NCBI GenBank assembly: GCA_004297215.1
Contig: SCUM01000001.1
Location: 808,716 to 842,311, forward strand
DNA: 33,596 nucleotides
From: Patescibacteria group bacterium
GTDB taxonomy: Bacteria; Patescibacteriota; Patescibacteriia; UBA9934; GWF2-40-263
Reading direction: 5' to 3'
Part shown: positions 30,626 through 33,596 of the stretch, in pieces
Layout of the letters: the number at the start of each line of letters is the position of its first letter
How positions within the stretch are numbered: position 1 is the first letter of the stretch
Position numbers and translations under genes: made by a program
The notes under the pieces: model-generated
What the model saw: the letters and a program-made list of their open reading frames with translations, nothing else
Database searches by the model: none
Told to the model about the DNA's origin: nothing

Positions 30626-31017
30626 ACGTTCCGGTCCACGACGTTGATATGCGCCCGCGCTTCGGCTTTCGGGAGCGTGATCGTGAGGATGCCGTTGCGC
30701 AGCGAGGCGTCGGCTTCGTCGGGCCGCACGGCGCATGGGAGCATGACGGAGCGCGAGAAGCTCCCCCAGAAGCATTCTTGCACGTGCACGAGCGCCTCCG
30801 GGTGGTCGACGTGCCCGTGGGAGCGGCTGCCGCGGATGGTGACCGAATCCTCCGTGACGTTCACATCGAGCTCGTCGGCGGCGAGCCCGGCGATCGCCGA
30901 GCGGATCACGAGCGTGCGCGGGGTCTCGAGCACGTCCACGGAAAGCTGTCCCTCCTCGGGCTTGAGCACCGCGTCGGCAAGGGCGTCGATATAGGCGTGG
31001 TCTTCCACGTGTTCCAT
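30622..31017 (-). CDS. Hsp20/alpha-crystallin family small heat-shock protein
   Basis: 131 aa from MEHVEDH. Alpha-crystallin pattern GQLSVDVLETPRTLVIRSAIAG..VTIRGSR..GSFSRSVMLP..NGILTITLPK. Confidence 0.9.
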   Translation of the reverse strand: MEHVEDHAYIDALADAVLKPEEGQLSVDVLETPRTLVIRSAIAGLAADELDVNVTEDSVTIRGSRSHGHVDHPEALVHVQECFWGSFSRSVMLPCAVRPDEADASLRNGILTITLPKAEARAHINVVDRNV

Positions 31018-31031
31018 AGGGAGAGAGGGCG

Positions 31032-31745
31032 TTAGGCGAGATGGCGCTGCCGGACGTACTCGTACATCGGGCCGGCGGTGAATCCGACGACGGCCGCCCA
31101 GAGGAGTTCCGAGATCGGGATGCCGGCGAGCAGGATACCGGAGAGGTTTTCGGCGCTCCAGAACGCGGCCGCCGCTTCCGGGAACAGACGGACGAAGAAT
31201 ACCTGCTCCACGGAGAATACCAAGGCGGCGATCACGGTGCCGGTGACAAGGGCGTCGAGCAGGAGGTCTTTGCGGTCGGCGACGGCATGGAGCCCCATCA
31301 TGACGCCGGAAAGGGCGAGCGCCGGCACGGGAGGGATCGCGAGCGTGAGCTGAACCGCCACCGCGACGAACAGCCACGCTCCCGCGACGATGAGCAGGGG
31401 CGCGACGAACGACAGCGTCGCCGATCGGATGCGCAGTCGCGCGCCGCGCCAGGCGGCGATGCGGGCATGCCCGGCAGCTGCCGGGGCATGCAGCGCGAGA
31501 TGGCAGGCGACGGCAGCGATGCCGAACATCGCGGCGGAGAAAACGAATTCGGCGATGCCCGGCGAAACGGACGCCTGCGCGGAGCCTGAACGATGATCCG
31601 CGGCCACGAGCGCGAGGGCGGTGGGGGAGAGGATGAGGCCGAGCGCGGACATCGCGAGCTGCTCGAGGCGGGTGCGCTCGGAAACGACGAACAGGAACGC
31701 CCAGATGACGAGCATGGCGAGGGTGACGTAGGCGAACGGGGGCAT
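31032..31745 (-). CDS. polytopic membrane protein (possibly lycopene-cyclase-domain-like)
   Basis: 237 aa with 6-7 hydrophobic spans. The family call is weak and rests on the GIPISELLW motif. Ends 14 nt before hsp20. Confidence 0.7.
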   Translation of the reverse strand: MPPFAYVTLAMLVIWAFLFVVSERTRLEQLAMSALGLILSPTALALVAADHRSGSAQASVSPGIAEFVFSAAMFGIAAVACHLALHAPAAAGHARIAAWRGARLRIRSATLSFVAPLLIVAGAWLFVAVAVQLTLAIPPVPALALSGVMMGLHAVADRKDLLLDALVTGTVIAALVFSVEQVFFVRLFPEAAAAFWSAENLSGILLAGIPISELLWAAVVGFTAGPMYEYVRQRHLA

Positions 31746-31796
31746 ATCTGCGTGAATCCTACCGCGTTCCGCCTCCGGTTCCTAGACGTCGCTTGC

Positions 31797-33596
31797 ATGT
31801 GGATAAGGTCATTCGTTGTTGGGGATGTTTTTTTGGAGTACCATGTACGCATTGTGGCACCCCATATCCACAGCCCGAATTTTTTCGAGTGGGCCCGACG
31901 AGTGGTAGGCGTGCTGCTGGTGACCGGAATGATTTTCGGTCAGATTGGCGTTGCACATGCGGACGTGCCGCGCATCATCAGCCATCAGGGACGTTTGCTT
32001 GATTCCGCGGGAGATTTGCTTGGCGGATCCGGCGGGACCGATTACTGCTTCCGCTTCTCGATCTTCGACGACGCGACCGTGGGAGCGCCCGACAGCCAGC
32101 TGTGGCCCGCGGGCACGCCTTCCAACATGACCGCGGAGGTCACCCAAGGCGTGTTCAACGTGAACGTGGGCGACACCGGGGCCGGCGGCGACCTCCTGGA
32201 CTTCAACTTCGAGGACGATGACGACGTGTACCTGAACGTGCAGGTCGCCACGCAGGTGGGCGGGAGCTGCGCCGGCGGGGACGAGTCGTTTGAGAACCTT
32301 TCCCCGCGCCAGCGCATCACCTCCGCGCCTTACGCCATCAACGCGCGCACGGTTGGCGGGTTCACGCCGGCCCAGAGCGCGGACGGCGACGAGATCCCGG
32401 TGCTCACCTCGGGCGATCTCGTCTTGGGCGACGCCGCTCCTAACGTCACGGCCACGGGCGCCACCGCGCTCACCATCCAAGGGGCCGGCGCCACGGGCGC
32501 GGTGCAGTTCTTCTCCTCCGCCAACTCGCTCGACTCCTCGGGCAATTTCACGATCGACGGGGCGCTCACGGCCGACGGCCTCACCATGAACGCCGCCGCC
32601 ACGTTCAACGCGGACGTGGATTTCACGTTTGCGGGTACCGAGAACGTCGGCCTTACGTCGGATTTGGGCGGCACAGTGAGCATGCTTTCGCTCACGGGCA
32701 CGCCAAGCGCCACGGCCGGGACCACGCGCGGCATCGCGATCGGCCAGGCGAGCAGCGCGAACACGAACGGCCTGGACGCCGCCCTCCTTATAGACAACGC
32801 GGACGCGGATCTCGCGATCGGGGACGCCATCCTCATCACCAACACGGGCGGGGGAGGATATACGGACCTCCTTGATTCGCCGACGCTCGACATTTCCGGC
32901 GCCGGAGCGATCACGGGCGCGACCGGCATCGCGGGCAGCGGCACCTGGGACACGAGCGGCGCGCTGGAGGGCGGCACGGTCAACGCCGTCACCTCGCTCT
33001 CCACCGCGGGAACCGTGCGCCTGGACTCTTCGGGTAACCTCACGAGCATCGGCAACCTCACCGCGACCGGGGCGATCACGGTCTCTTCGACCGGGGCGAC
33101 GAACGACATCATCCTGGATTCGGCCGACCTTGTGATCGTGCAGGACGACCTCACGGTGAACGCAAACCTCGCCTTTGGCGCGGCGTCCCCCGCGATCGCG
33201 ATCCCGAACACCGACTCGCTCGTCGTGACCGACGGCACTAACACGCTGCTCACCGTTACCGACGGGGGGACCGTGGGGAACGTCTCGGTCACGGGCACGC
33301 TTGGCGCGGGCGCCACCACCGTGTCCTCGCTCACGGTCGGCACCATCCTGCTTTCCGCGGTCGGGACCTCCAACAGCACCTCGGGCGCCAGCCTCGTGGG
33401 CGTGTTCGACGAGTTCACGAACTCCTCCGCCACGACGGTGCAGGACGTGCTCGACGACCTGGACGCCGCGATCGGTGCCGGGGGGTCCAAGTGGACCGAC
33501 GACGGCACCTTCACGTACCTCTCGAGCGCCACCGACGACCTGGTGCTGGGCGGCTCCACCGTGGCCGGCGCCTCCTTCTTCTTCGACGAGAGCGCG
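31797..33596 (+). CDS. large secreted Gly/Thr/Ala/Asp-rich repeat protein (surface or fibre-like), 3'-partial
   Basis: I translated this frame by hand and it stays open to the window end (600 codons), so it is absent from the track. Codons are GC3-rich. Signal peptide ARRVVGVLLVTGMIFGQIGVAHA-DVPR. The start is uncertain (ATG 31797 or GTG 31854). Confidence 0.75.
   Translation, partial: MWIRSFVVGDVFLEYHVRIVAPHIHSPNFFEWARRVVGVLLVTGMIFGQIGVAHADVPRIISHQGRLLDSAGDLLGGSGGTDYCFRFSIFDDATVGAPDSQLWPAGTPSNMTAEVTQGVFNVNVGDTGAGGDLLDFNFEDDDDVYLNVQVATQVGGSCAGGDESFENLSPRQRITSAPYAINARTVGGFTPAQSADGDEIPVLTSGDLVLGDAAPNVTATGATALTIQGAGATGAVQFFSSANSLDSSGNFTIDGALTADGLTMNAAATFNADVDFTFAGTENVGLTSDLGGTVSMLSLTGTPSATAGTTRGIAIGQASSANTNGLDAALLIDNADADLAIGDAILITNTGGGGYTDLLDSPTLDISGAGAITGATGIAGSGTWDTSGALEGGTVNAVTSLSTAGTVRLDSSGNLTSIGNLTATGAITVSSTGATNDIILDSADLVIVQDDLTVNANLAFGAASPAIAIPNTDSLVVTDGTNTLLTVTDGGTVGNVSVTGTLGAGATTVSSLTVGTILLSAVGTSNSTSGASLVGVFDEFTNSSATTVQDVLDDLDAAIGAGGSKWTDDGTFTYLSSATDDLVLGGSTVAGASFFFDESA

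Noticed and set aside
31843-31908. Programmed -1 frameshift at the T6 run joining the SD-preceded 21-codon ORF to the large surface-protein frame.
   Set aside because: The site is not a canonical X-XXY-YYZ heptamer in the upstream frame and no downstream stimulator is evident. An alternative in-frame start or a homopolymer sequencing error is simpler. It is kept only as a caveat.
32330-33559. 409-aa minus-strand ORF (and 31809..32480) at the right end of the window.
   Set aside because: The opposite strand carries a longer open frame with a signal peptide and genome-typical GC3 codon bias. The minus product is Ser/Pro/Val/Ala-rich with no features.

Overview
High-GC bacterial chromosome segment with a compact, reduced-genome look. 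I think it comes from a CPR/Patescibacteria-like organism, though this is inference. The supporting signs are a stand-alone 16S rRNA gene, a mismatch in the 16S 515F primer site, a very short SMC and many orphan secreted proteins. Core genes in order are rpoB, rpoC, yebC, ruvC, alr, tRNA-Gly/Pro/Ile/Phe, mgtC, 16S rRNA, khpA, trmD, rpsP, smc, a DHH (NrnA-like) phosphoesterase, clpP, and an hsp20-VanW operon. The window ends in an open-ended gene for a large secreted repeat protein that the ORF track does not list. Visibly lower-GC accessory inserts sit between the core genes: a small-ORF/Doc-toxin/SAM-methyltransferase module right after rpoC, an EEP-family nuclease/phosphatase, a hicBA pair fused onto ruvC, and a four-helix-bundle (23S IVS-type) gene where rimM would be expected. 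Most units have readable sigma70-type promoters (TTGACA-N17-TAnnnT, or the extended -10 TGCTATAYT) and hairpin terminators. The long antisense ORFs in the track are shadow frames of high-GC genes. The most interesting items are non-coding. (1) An orphan promoter-to-terminator unit at 28187-28529 folds into a 138-nt extended hairpin and is a candidate novel ncRNA. (2) A roughly 250-nt structured spacer lies between tRNA-Gly and a zinc-ribbon gene, with mutually exclusive pairings that can sequester the start codon. (3) Three exact-phase 35-nt tandem repeats re-create the tRNA-Ile 3' junction in front of mgtC. (4) Two families of palindromic intergenic repeats are present. (5) A 21-bp perfect palindrome sits upstream of smc, and a 19-bp perfect inverted repeat built from heptamers sits upstream of clpP. 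(6) A diverged relic of the ruvC 3' end lies downstream of alr, marking a cassette replacement. Protein-level oddities are a 777-aa hinge-less SMC and an orphan 267-aa protein behind a long leader. No CRISPR array, transposase or integrase was seen.
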